From: Thermoanaerobaculia bacterium
GTDB lineage: Bacteria > Acidobacteriota > Thermoanaerobaculia > UBA5066
Direction of reading: 5' to 3'
DNA length: 64,000 nt
Assembly (NCBI GenBank): GCA_038214715.1
Contig: JBBQRP010000001.1
Coordinates: forward strand, 131,646-195,645
A model generated the notes under the pieces. It was not told where the DNA came from and searched no databases. It saw only the letters and a program-made list of their open reading frames with translations. Both the position numbers and the translations under genes were made by a program. Of this stretch, positions 8,476-16,138 are shown one piece after another; positions within the stretch are counted from its first letter, which is position 1, and each line of letters starts with the position of its first letter.

Positions 8476-8964
8476 TCATCGCTGTGCGCCTTCCGGAAAC
8501 TGCACGAAAGTCCCGTCCACGAGGATGATGTCGGCGTTGAACGTCGTCGTCGCTCCGCCCGCGGGACTCGAATCCGGAATCCCGTCCGCTCCGGCCGAGC
8601 GCAGGGCGTAGTCCCTCTTCAAGGCGCTACCTCCGTAGAGATAGAACGAACTCCAGCCGTCGACGAGGGGAACGAGCCGGATGTAGGTGGGCTCGAGGGA
8701 GCCGGAGATCGCCCCGATCGGGGCCGTCGGAAGCGAAAGCCCGGACGGAAACGCGATGGCGGCCGAGGCCGGGTAGTTGTTCTGGTCCGCCGCATACGCC
8801 TCGACAGCCGTCGAGATCGTCTTCATGTCGGCCATCGTCCGCTTCTGTTTCGCGCGCTGGATCGCGTTGATCATGTTCACGATCGAGATCGCGACGATGA
8901 TTCCGATGATCGCGACCACGATCAGAAGCTCGATGAGCGTGAATCCCTTTCGACTTCTCGGCAT
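8476..8964 (-). CDS. Type IVa pilin, paralog 2
   Basis: MPRSRKG|FTLIELLIVVAIIGIIVAISIVNMINAIQRAKQKRTMADM. The N-terminal ~50 aa are near-identical to pilA and the C-terminus has diverged. SD GAGGGAG. The remaining 8965..10797 of the 773-aa track ORF is an artefact. Confidence 0.9.
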   Translation of the reverse strand: MPRSRKGFTLIELLIVVAIIGIIVAISIVNMINAIQRAKQKRTMADMKTISTAVEAYAADQNNYPASAAIAFPSGLSLPTAPIGAISGSLEPTYIRLVPLVDGWSSFYLYGGSALKRDYALRSAGADGIPDSSPAGGATTTFNADIILVDGTFVQFPEGAQR

Positions 8965-8997
8965 GCTCCCTCGTGACCCTGATTCCGAGGAACGGTA

Positions 8998-9012
8998 CTC
9001 AAGAAACGTGCC
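8998..9012 (-). promoter_or_regulatory. Candidate sigma54-type promoter for pilin paralog 2, with the same imperfect -12
   Basis: Minus-strand sequence is aGGCACgtttcTTGAg, ~37 nt upstream of the ATG. It parallels the pilA element. Confidence 0.3.
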
Positions 9013-9054
9013 TCGTCCGGGCGGGTCCGCGCGGGCCTTTAGAATGGGTCCAAC

Positions 9055-10590
9055 GTGATCCCCCGTCCGCCCTTCGCCTCGGCCCTCACTCTGGAGCAGG
9101 AACTCGCCGAATTCGAGATCCTGAAGCCGAGGCTCGCCGAAGTCTGGGATTCGATCTCCGGACGGGACGATCAGCCCCACACGTCGGTCGTCGTGCCCTC
9201 GCTCACTCTCGATCAGGCGGAGATGAGGAAGCTCGACGGCGCGAGCTTCTACGAGGAGAGGCTCCTCTTCCTCCTCATCCGCCTGCGCAACCCGCGGGCG
9301 CGCGTGGTGTTCGTGACGTCCCAGCCCGTTCACCCCCTCGTCCTCGAGTACTACTTCCAGCTCCTCGTCGGAATTCCCGCGAGCCACGCGCGCAGCCGGC
9401 TCACGCTGCTCTGCGCCCACGACGCCTCGCCCCGCTCGCTCACCGAAAAGATTCTCGAGCGGCCGCGCCTCATCGAGCGGATCCGGCAGGGGATCACCGA
9501 CCGGACGCGCGCGTATCTGACCGTCTTCAACTCGACGCCTCTCGAGCGGAAGCTCGCCGTCCTCCTCGGCATCCCTCTGAACGGCGTCGACCCCGCCCTC
9601 AACTCGAACGGGACGAAGTCCGGAAGCCGCCGGATCTTCCGCGATGCCGGCGTCGCGATGCCGGACGGATTCGAGGACCTGAGGGACGACGCGGACATCG
9701 AGGGCGCGCTCGTGGCGCTGAAGGAGCGGAAACCACATCTCCGCCGCGCCGTCGTGAAGCTGAACGACAGCTTCTCGGGCGAGGGAAACGCCGTGTTCCG
9801 TTATCCCGAAACCGGTCGCCTCGAAGAGGCCGTGCATGCGACGCTCCCGAACGTCGAGTTCTCGGTCCCCTGGGAGACCTGGGAGGACTACCACGGGAAG
9901 TTCCGGCGCATGGGCGGGATCGTGGAGGAATTCATCGAGGCTCCCTGCAAGATGTCGCCGAGCGTCCAGCTCCGCAGCGACCCTCACGGCAACGTCATCC
10001 CGATCTCGACCCACGACCAGCTCCTCGGCGGACCGAGCGGGCAGGTCTTCCTGGGCTGCCTCTTCCCGGCCGACGACGAGTACCGGATGCTCATCCACGA
10101 CGCCGCGATGCGCATCGGATCGGTCCTTGCGGGCAAGGGCGTCGTGAGCCGGTTCGCCGTGGACTTCCTCGTGACCCGCGAGGACTCCGCCTCTCCGTGG
10201 AAGGCGTGGGCCCTCGAGATCAACCTCCGGATGGGAGGCACGACGCACCCGTACCTCGCGCTGCAGTTCCTCACGGGCGGCCAGCTCGACGCGGCGACGG
10301 GTCTTTTCCACTCGCCTCGCGGATCGCCGAAGTTCTACCGCGCGACCGACAATCTCCGTTCCGACACGCTCCGCGGGCTCATTCCGGAGGACCTGATCGA
10401 GATCGTGACGATCAATTCCCTCCACTACAGCCACAACTCCGAGTCGGGCGTGCTGTTCCATCTCGTCGGCGCGCTCTCCGAGTACGGCAAGCTCGGACTG
10501 ACGGCCATCGGGAACACCCGCGAGGAGGTCGAGGCAATCTACGGCAAGACCCTGCGGATTCTCGATCACGAGGCCGGCAGGGGCCACTGA
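9055..10590 (+). CDS. ATP-grasp-fold protein of unknown specificity (putative carboxylate-amine / peptide ligase)
   Basis: 511 aa. C-terminal ATP-grasp hallmark WALEINLRMGG (E-x-N-x-R). A preceding Gly-rich and K/R-containing region is consistent with an ATP-grasp core. Ends 32 nt upstream of malQ on the same strand. Confidence 0.5.
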   Translation: MIPRPPFASALTLEQELAEFEILKPRLAEVWDSISGRDDQPHTSVVVPSLTLDQAEMRKLDGASFYEERLLFLLIRLRNPRARVVFVTSQPVHPLVLEYYFQLLVGIPASHARSRLTLLCAHDASPRSLTEKILERPRLIERIRQGITDRTRAYLTVFNSTPLERKLAVLLGIPLNGVDPALNSNGTKSGSRRIFRDAGVAMPDGFEDLRDDADIEGALVALKERKPHLRRAVVKLNDSFSGEGNAVFRYPETGRLEEAVHATLPNVEFSVPWETWEDYHGKFRRMGGIVEEFIEAPCKMSPSVQLRSDPHGNVIPISTHDQLLGGPSGQVFLGCLFPADDEYRMLIHDAAMRIGSVLAGKGVVSRFAVDFLVTREDSASPWKAWALEINLRMGGTTHPYLALQFLTGGQLDAATGLFHSPRGSPKFYRATDNLRSDTLRGLIPEDLIEIVTINSLHYSHNSESGVLFHLVGALSEYGKLGLTAIGNTREEVEAIYGKTLRILDHEAGRGH

Positions 10591-10622
10591 GCGGCGCTCC
10601 GGGCGCGGGATAGCATTCCCGG

Positions 10623-12143
10623 ATGGTCCGTACCGCCCGCCAAGCCGGCGTGCTCCTGCACCCGACCTCGCTGCCTTCCCAGTTCGGCGTCGGCGATCTC
10701 GGCCCGGCCGCCGACGCGTTCCTCGACTGGGCGTCCGAGGCGGGACTCGCGCTCTGGCAAGTCCTGCCGGCGGGCCCGACGGGCCCGCACCATTCACCCT
10801 ACGACGGCCTCTCCGCGTTCGCGGGAAACCCTCTCCTGATCTCTCCCGAGTGGCTCGTCGAGGAGGGCCTCCTTCCGGCGGGAGCCCTCGACGGCGCCCC
10901 GGACTTTCCAGTGGGGCGCGTGGACTGGGAGCGCGTCCTTCCGTTCCGGCGGCGCCTTCTCGAAGAATCCTTTCGCCACGCGCGCTCCCTCGGCGCGAAG
11001 ATCGAAGGCGAGATCGCGCGCTTCGCGGGGGCGCCTTCGCAGGCCGCGTGGCTTCCGGATTGGGTGCTCTTCGCGGCCCTGCGTGAAAAGAACGAATCCC
11101 GCGCCTTCATGGAATGGGATCCGGCGCTCGCGCTCCGCGAGGAAACCGCCCTCGCGGCGGCACGGGTCGATCTCGCCGAGGCGATCGCGTTCCACACGTA
11201 CACGCAGTTCCTCTTCTTCCGACAGTGGCAGCGCGTGAAGGCCGCGGCGAACGCGCGCGGCATCTCCATACTCGGAGACGTACCCATTTACGTCGCCGGG
11301 GACAGCGCCGACGTCTGGGCTCACCGGCGGCTCTTCGCGCTCTCCGAGGACGGGCGGCCCACCGTCGTGGCCGGCGTTCCGCCCGACGACTTCAGCGCGG
11401 ATGGCCAGCGGTGGGGCCACCCCCTGTACCGGTGGGACGTCCTCGCCGAGGAGGGCTACGACTGGTGGATCGAGCGCATCCGGCTGAATCTCCGGCTCGC
11501 GGACGCCGTTCGGCTCGATCATTTCCGCGGATTCTCCACCTACTGGGAGGTGCCCGCGTCGGCGGCGACGGCCCGCGAGGGGCGGTGGGTGAACGGACCG
11601 GGGCTGATGCTCTTCATGGCCATCCAGCACGCGCTCGGCGACGTCGGCCTCGTGGCCGAGGACCTCGGCGTCCTCACGGACGACGTGAGGAGGCTCCTCG
11701 AGGTTCTCGGCCTCCCGGGCATGAAGGTCCTCCAGTTCGCCTTCGGCGAGCTCGACAGCGAACACCTTCCGCACCACCACGTTTCCAACAGCGTCGTCTA
11801 TACGGGCACACACGACAACGACACGACCCGCGCCTGGTTCGCGGCACTTCCCGAAGACGCGAGGGCGCGCTTTTGCGACTATCTCGGGACGCCCGGCGAG
11901 GACGCCGCCTGGGACCTCATCCGCGCGGCGTACGCGTCCGTAGCCGACCGCGCAGTCGTTCCGATGCAGGACATCCTCAATCTCGGCGCGGAAGGCCGGA
12001 TGAACGTGCCCGGCCGCACGGGCCAGAACTGGGACTGGCGCGCCGCGAAGGACGCGTTCTCGCCCGAGGTCGCGGGCCGCCTCCGGCGCCTCGCGACGCT
12101 GACGGGACGCGCGGCCTCTCCGGAGAGCGCTTCGAGGCCCTAG
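10623..12143 (+). CDS. malQ: 4-alpha-glucanotransferase (amylomaltase, GH77)
   Basis: N-terminal signature GVLLHPTSLPSQFGVGDLG, ~500 aa, with typical GH77 spacing of conserved Asp/Glu regions. Confidence 0.9.
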   Translation: MVRTARQAGVLLHPTSLPSQFGVGDLGPAADAFLDWASEAGLALWQVLPAGPTGPHHSPYDGLSAFAGNPLLISPEWLVEEGLLPAGALDGAPDFPVGRVDWERVLPFRRRLLEESFRHARSLGAKIEGEIARFAGAPSQAAWLPDWVLFAALREKNESRAFMEWDPALALREETALAAARVDLAEAIAFHTYTQFLFFRQWQRVKAAANARGISILGDVPIYVAGDSADVWAHRRLFALSEDGRPTVVAGVPPDDFSADGQRWGHPLYRWDVLAEEGYDWWIERIRLNLRLADAVRLDHFRGFSTYWEVPASAATAREGRWVNGPGLMLFMAIQHALGDVGLVAEDLGVLTDDVRRLLEVLGLPGMKVLQFAFGELDSEHLPHHHVSNSVVYTGTHDNDTTRAWFAALPEDARARFCDYLGTPGEDAAWDLIRAAYASVADRAVVPMQDILNLGAEGRMNVPGRTGQNWDWRAAKDAFSPEVAGRLRRLATLTGRAASPESASRP

Positions 12144-12233
12144 AGAGGCGAGTCCGAAGCGTTGGTCTGGGCGCGCCAAAACGTCGGACAATTCCCATTG
12201 CACCCCCGCAACTGCAACGAGGGTTGCCGCAAC

Positions 12234-13973
12234 TCAGGGGGACGGGGGTCGCTTCTCCATCGCGATGTACGCGCCGTCGCCCGTCCTCTGACCCGGGCCC
12301 GCACCATCGTTGATGATGCCGTAAGCTGCCCACGAGTGTCCAAACACATCCTTTGGGTGATTGATCTTCACCCACCCGTTCCGGACTCCCTTGAGGGCGA
12401 GGATGTTGTTGACCTGCTTCCACTCGAACGGGTTCACCGTGACGATCTCCGGCGTTCCCGCCGGCGCGCCGCCGGCGTCCCCGTCGTAGACCTGCAGCTG
12501 AAGCTCGGACGGCCCATCCAGCGTCCGGGCGTCGTCGGTGAAGTTTAAGACCGCCACGTTGGAGCGGTTGTTCTCGTCGGCCCGGAGTCCGAAGATGTAG
12601 CCGTCGTCGCCGAAGGCGGCCTGGTTCGCCACGAGCTCGGGAGTGAAGAGCCCGAACTGGCCCCCCTGCGCCGCGGGAGACTGCGATGCGGTTCTGGCGC
12701 CGGCGTACGTCTCGCGGACGTCGGAGTCCGGGATCTCGACGTAGACGCTTCCGACGAAGCTGCCGGAGCCCGCCGGGGCGAGGGACGCGCCGTTGTCGCG
12801 AAGGAACTGAATGGCATTGGGGATGATCCGTTGCTCCGCCGGGCCGAGAGTCAAGGCAACGACTCCCGACCCGCCGGCCGGATTTACCGACTCGTGGTAG
12901 TTCAGGCGGAAGACCTGCGAGTGGTTTGCGCTGTTGGAGAGGAGCAGCTCGCTGCGAAACGCCCCGGCTTCCACGATGACGGGGATGTTCACAAAGCCGC
13001 CGACGGTGAAGTCACCGCTCACCGGGTTGATATACGAACCGTCGTTGGTGATGTTGTCGTTGATGACCCCATAGGCACGCCCGGGGCAGCCGTCCGCCCC
13101 GAGACACGGGGCAGTCACCTCGACCCAGCCGTTCGAGAAGCCGCTCTCGCCGAAGGAGACCTGCGCCCAACCGAGGGGACCCACGGTGAGCGCCTCGCGA
13201 AGCACCTTCGACTGCCCGTCGCCGCTTCCGGAGAACGCGATGATATTGAAGTCTACCGGGGTCGACGGGCTCGAATTGAACACGGCCACGTTCGAACGGT
13301 CGGTCGCGTTCGCGCGGAGTCCGAAGATCCTGGGAATGCCCGGGGAGACCTGCTCCGTCGGATTCAGGCCGCGATATGCCAGGCCGGCGCTCCCGACGGG
13401 TTGGGGCGCGCCGGTCGCGGTCGTCGTTCGGGCGGTCGCGGAGATCAGCTCCTGAGGCGAGACGCCCTCGAAGGTGACGAGGAGCGTGCCCCCCTGCTGG
13501 CCCGAGCTTCCGGCCGGGATCGGCAGCCCCTTCCCACGGAGGTAGGCGAGGACGTCGGGGATGACGAGCTGCCGTCCCCGCACGAGCGTGTCGGGGACGG
13601 TGCCGGAGCCGGTCCCGAGCGAGGCGGTGTAGCGGAGCGTGACACCCACGGTGTTCGGCTCCGCGTTCGTCAGGGATAGCTCCGTCGTGAAGTGGGCAGT
13701 GCCGGAGAAGACATCCAGCACGATGGGCACGAGGCGAGAGGTAGTGTCGGCGACGAGAGGATGGTTCAGGAGGATCAGGCACGCGAGGAGCGCGAGTGCG
13801 AGGAACCGGCTACGCCGAAAGGCCGAGAAGCTTCCTGATCCGCCCGGGATCTGGGTCGCCGAGTCCGCAGCGAGGGGCGTGCCCGCCGAGGCGTTTCGAG
13901 CCGCCGGAATCGCGACGGCACGAAACGCGAGAGGGAACGGGCGGATCGAACAGACGGTCGCGCGGATACGCAT
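12234..13973 (-). CDS. Secreted protein made of two tandem copies of an unrecognised ~230-aa domain. It is a paralog of the C-terminal module of the 19913..23425 protein.
   Basis: Signal-like region FRRSRFLALALLACLILLNHPLVA (possibly Tat-type, with a long n-region). Internal repeats share ARTTTAT/ARTASQS, GLRA(N/D)..(D/N)RSNVAV(F/L)N, GWV(E/K)(V/I), AYG(V/I)IND. The start at ATG 13973 is the only in-frame start upstream and is uncertain. Confidence 0.75.
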   Translation of the reverse strand: MRIRATVCSIRPFPLAFRAVAIPAARNASAGTPLAADSATQIPGGSGSFSAFRRSRFLALALLACLILLNHPLVADTTSRLVPIVLDVFSGTAHFTTELSLTNAEPNTVGVTLRYTASLGTGSGTVPDTLVRGRQLVIPDVLAYLRGKGLPIPAGSSGQQGGTLLVTFEGVSPQELISATARTTTATGAPQPVGSAGLAYRGLNPTEQVSPGIPRIFGLRANATDRSNVAVFNSSPSTPVDFNIIAFSGSGDGQSKVLREALTVGPLGWAQVSFGESGFSNGWVEVTAPCLGADGCPGRAYGVINDNITNDGSYINPVSGDFTVGGFVNIPVIVEAGAFRSELLLSNSANHSQVFRLNYHESVNPAGGSGVVALTLGPAEQRIIPNAIQFLRDNGASLAPAGSGSFVGSVYVEIPDSDVRETYAGARTASQSPAAQGGQFGLFTPELVANQAAFGDDGYIFGLRADENNRSNVAVLNFTDDARTLDGPSELQLQVYDGDAGGAPAGTPEIVTVNPFEWKQVNNILALKGVRNGWVKINHPKDVFGHSWAAYGIINDGAGPGQRTGDGAYIAMEKRPPSP

Positions 13974-14207
13974 CACGGGATCTCCTCGCTGAAGCGGCTC
14001 GCTCGTCCGCGGCCGGGCATTTGAAGGTGAGGTCACAGCCCCAAGCGGGATCCGTGGAGCCTGAAGGGATCGTACCCTTACACAAAGACTCAATCTCAAT
14101 TATTCCCGCTCCTGTAGGGGGCGTTCTCCGCCGCGGCGCACCGCGAGCTTCTCGGGCCGGAATGAAGCTCTGACGCTCGCGCACGGAATTCCCGCCGGGT
14201 CGACTCC

Positions 14208-14831
14208 GTGAAATCATGTGGGAGAGACGCTCCGGGAGGTCGTCCTCACTTGGTTCGAACGATTCGCGAAGCTCCTCGGGACGGGACCGCCGCGAGCGGG
14301 GCGTATCCCGCCGTCGACGAGCGGGATATCGTCCTGAAGGACGGAACGTCGATTCACCTCAGGCCGATCCGGGAGGGAGACGAGGCGGGCCTCTTCGGGC
14401 TCTACGACCGGCTCTCGGAGGAGAGCCTCTATTTTCGCTTCTTCGCGGTGCCCGACAAGGACGTCGGCAAGGCCGCCTATCTGACCCACGTGGACTACAG
14501 AAAACGGTACGCGATCGTGGCCGAGACGGCCGGCGCCATCGTGGGGGTCGCCCGGTGGGAGACCCTGGCGGAGCGGCCGGGTCACGCGGAAGTGGCGTTC
14601 ACCGTCGCCGACGATCACCAGGGGCGCGGCCTCGGCAGCCTCCTCTTCCGGCGTCTCGCCGAGCTCGCGCGCGAGCGCGGCTTCACGGTCTTCGAGGCCG
14701 AAGTCCTGAAGAACAACGAGCGCATGCTGCGAGTCTTCGAGCGCACCGGACTCCCGACGGGGACGCGGGACCAGGGGACCATCCTCACGATCCTCATGGC
14801 GCTCGATCCTCTCGCCGCTCCACCGGCCTGA
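14208..14831 (+). CDS. GNAT-family N-acetyltransferase
   Basis: Acetyl-CoA motif QGRGLGSLLFRRLAELARERGF. The ~200-aa fold pattern fits. The true start may be ~30 aa downstream of 14208. Confidence 0.8.
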   Translation: MKSCGRDAPGGRPHLVRTIREAPRDGTAASGAYPAVDERDIVLKDGTSIHLRPIREGDEAGLFGLYDRLSEESLYFRFFAVPDKDVGKAAYLTHVDYRKRYAIVAETAGAIVGVARWETLAERPGHAEVAFTVADDHQGRGLGSLLFRRLAELARERGFTVFEAEVLKNNERMLRVFERTGLPTGTRDQGTILTILMALDPLAAPPA

Positions 14832-14863
14832 TCCTCGGCCGGTATCCCTATACTTGCCGCGCG

Positions 14864-16003
14864 GTGGCCGCGGAACCACTTCCGAAACGCGTCGGCCGGT
14901 ACGAGATCGTCCGCTTGCTCGGCCGGGGCGGGATGGGCGAGGTCTACCTCGCGTCGGACTCGGCGCTCGGCCGCCGCGTCGCGATCAAGATCCTCCCCGC
15001 GGCGCTCCAGAGCGACGCGAAGATGCGCGGGCGTTTCATGAACGAGGCGCGCGCCGTCGCGGCCCTGAACCACCCGAACGTGATCACGATCCACGATCTC
15101 GCGACGACGGACGCGCGCGACACGGGATTCCCGTCCGAGGCGCTCTACCTCGTGCTCGAGTATCTCGAGGGAGAGGGCCTCGACGAGATCATGGACCGGC
15201 GCCGGCTCTCGACCACGGAATGCCTGGACATCGTCATCCAGGCGCTCGAGGGCCTGCGGGTCGCGCACCAGAACCGGATCCTCCACCGCGACGTCACGCC
15301 GTCGAACATCATGCTCGCCCCGAGCGGCCACGTGAAGGTGCTCGACTTCGGGCTGAGCAAGATCCTCGCGGAGGGAGCCCGCGACACATCGCGCTCCCAT
15401 CGCCAGACGGGCGAGGGAATGATCGTAGGCACGCTCGACTATCTCTCTCCCGAGCAGGCTCTCGGGAACCCTCTCGACGAGCGGTCGGACCTGTTCTCCG
15501 TCGGCATCGTCTTCTATCAGATGCTGGCGGGCGTGCACCCGTTCTCCGGAGCGAGCGTGACCCAGATGGTCGCGAAGATGATGACGAAGGAGGCGGACCC
15601 CTGGCCGGAGCCCGACCTCATCCCCGACTCCCTGAAACAGATCGTCGCGCGCGCCCTCCGCAAGGAGCCCGCGGACCGTTACGGCAGCGCCGGCCAGATG
15701 ATCCTCGACCTCGTCGTCGCGCGCCGCGAGCTCCACGCGAGGCCCGCCCGCGGCGTCGTGACCCGCGAAGTCCCCGCGGCCGCTCCGCCGCCTCCCACCG
15801 CCGTCGCCGATTCCACGGCGCCGCTCCGGCGGCCGCGCTCTTCGGCCGCGGCGGTCACGAGCGAGATGCGCGCGCCGCGGAAAGGTCCTCTCCTTCTCCT
15901 CCTCGGCGCGAGCCTCGTCCTGATCGCCGGAACCGCGCTCTTCGCGACCCGGGGCTGCGGCCGTTTCCAGACGCTCGCGCCCCCTTCCGCGCCCGCCCGC
16001 TGA
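14864..16003 (+). CDS. Hanks-type Ser/Thr protein kinase with a C-terminal Pro-rich linker and a single TM anchor
   Basis: GRGGMGEVY, VAIK, HRDVTPSNIM, DFGLSK, GTLDYLSPE. TM segment LLLLLGASLVLIAGTALFA near the C-terminus. A GTG start at 14864 follows the GNAT stop. The 5-prime part of track ORF 14216..16003 is an artefact. Confidence 0.8.
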   Translation: MAAEPLPKRVGRYEIVRLLGRGGMGEVYLASDSALGRRVAIKILPAALQSDAKMRGRFMNEARAVAALNHPNVITIHDLATTDARDTGFPSEALYLVLEYLEGEGLDEIMDRRRLSTTECLDIVIQALEGLRVAHQNRILHRDVTPSNIMLAPSGHVKVLDFGLSKILAEGARDTSRSHRQTGEGMIVGTLDYLSPEQALGNPLDERSDLFSVGIVFYQMLAGVHPFSGASVTQMVAKMMTKEADPWPEPDLIPDSLKQIVARALRKEPADRYGSAGQMILDLVVARRELHARPARGVVTREVPAAAPPPPTAVADSTAPLRRPRSSAAAVTSEMRAPRKGPLLLLLGASLVLIAGTALFATRGCGRFQTLAPPSAPAR

Positions 16004-16138
16004 CCCGGCGACGGGCCGGAGTCCGGCGGGTTCCCGGGCAAACGGGATCGTCGATCTTGAGATAGGCTTCGCACGAACTTCACATCTCGCGCGCCAACCG
16101 GTTCCGATCATTCCGACTGTTCGAAGGAGGATTCTCGA

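Noticed and set aside
8476-10797. 773-aa minus-strand ORF
   Set aside because: Only 8476..8964 encodes a pilin. The rest is antisense to the ATP-grasp gene (9055..10590) and is compositionally junk.
14100-14207. Possible small ORFs or regulatory RNAs in divergent intergenic regions (14100..14207, 19788..19912, 28003..28237)
   Set aside because: No conserved structure, no RBS-preceded start, and too short or low-complexity to support. These are most simply divergent promoter regions.
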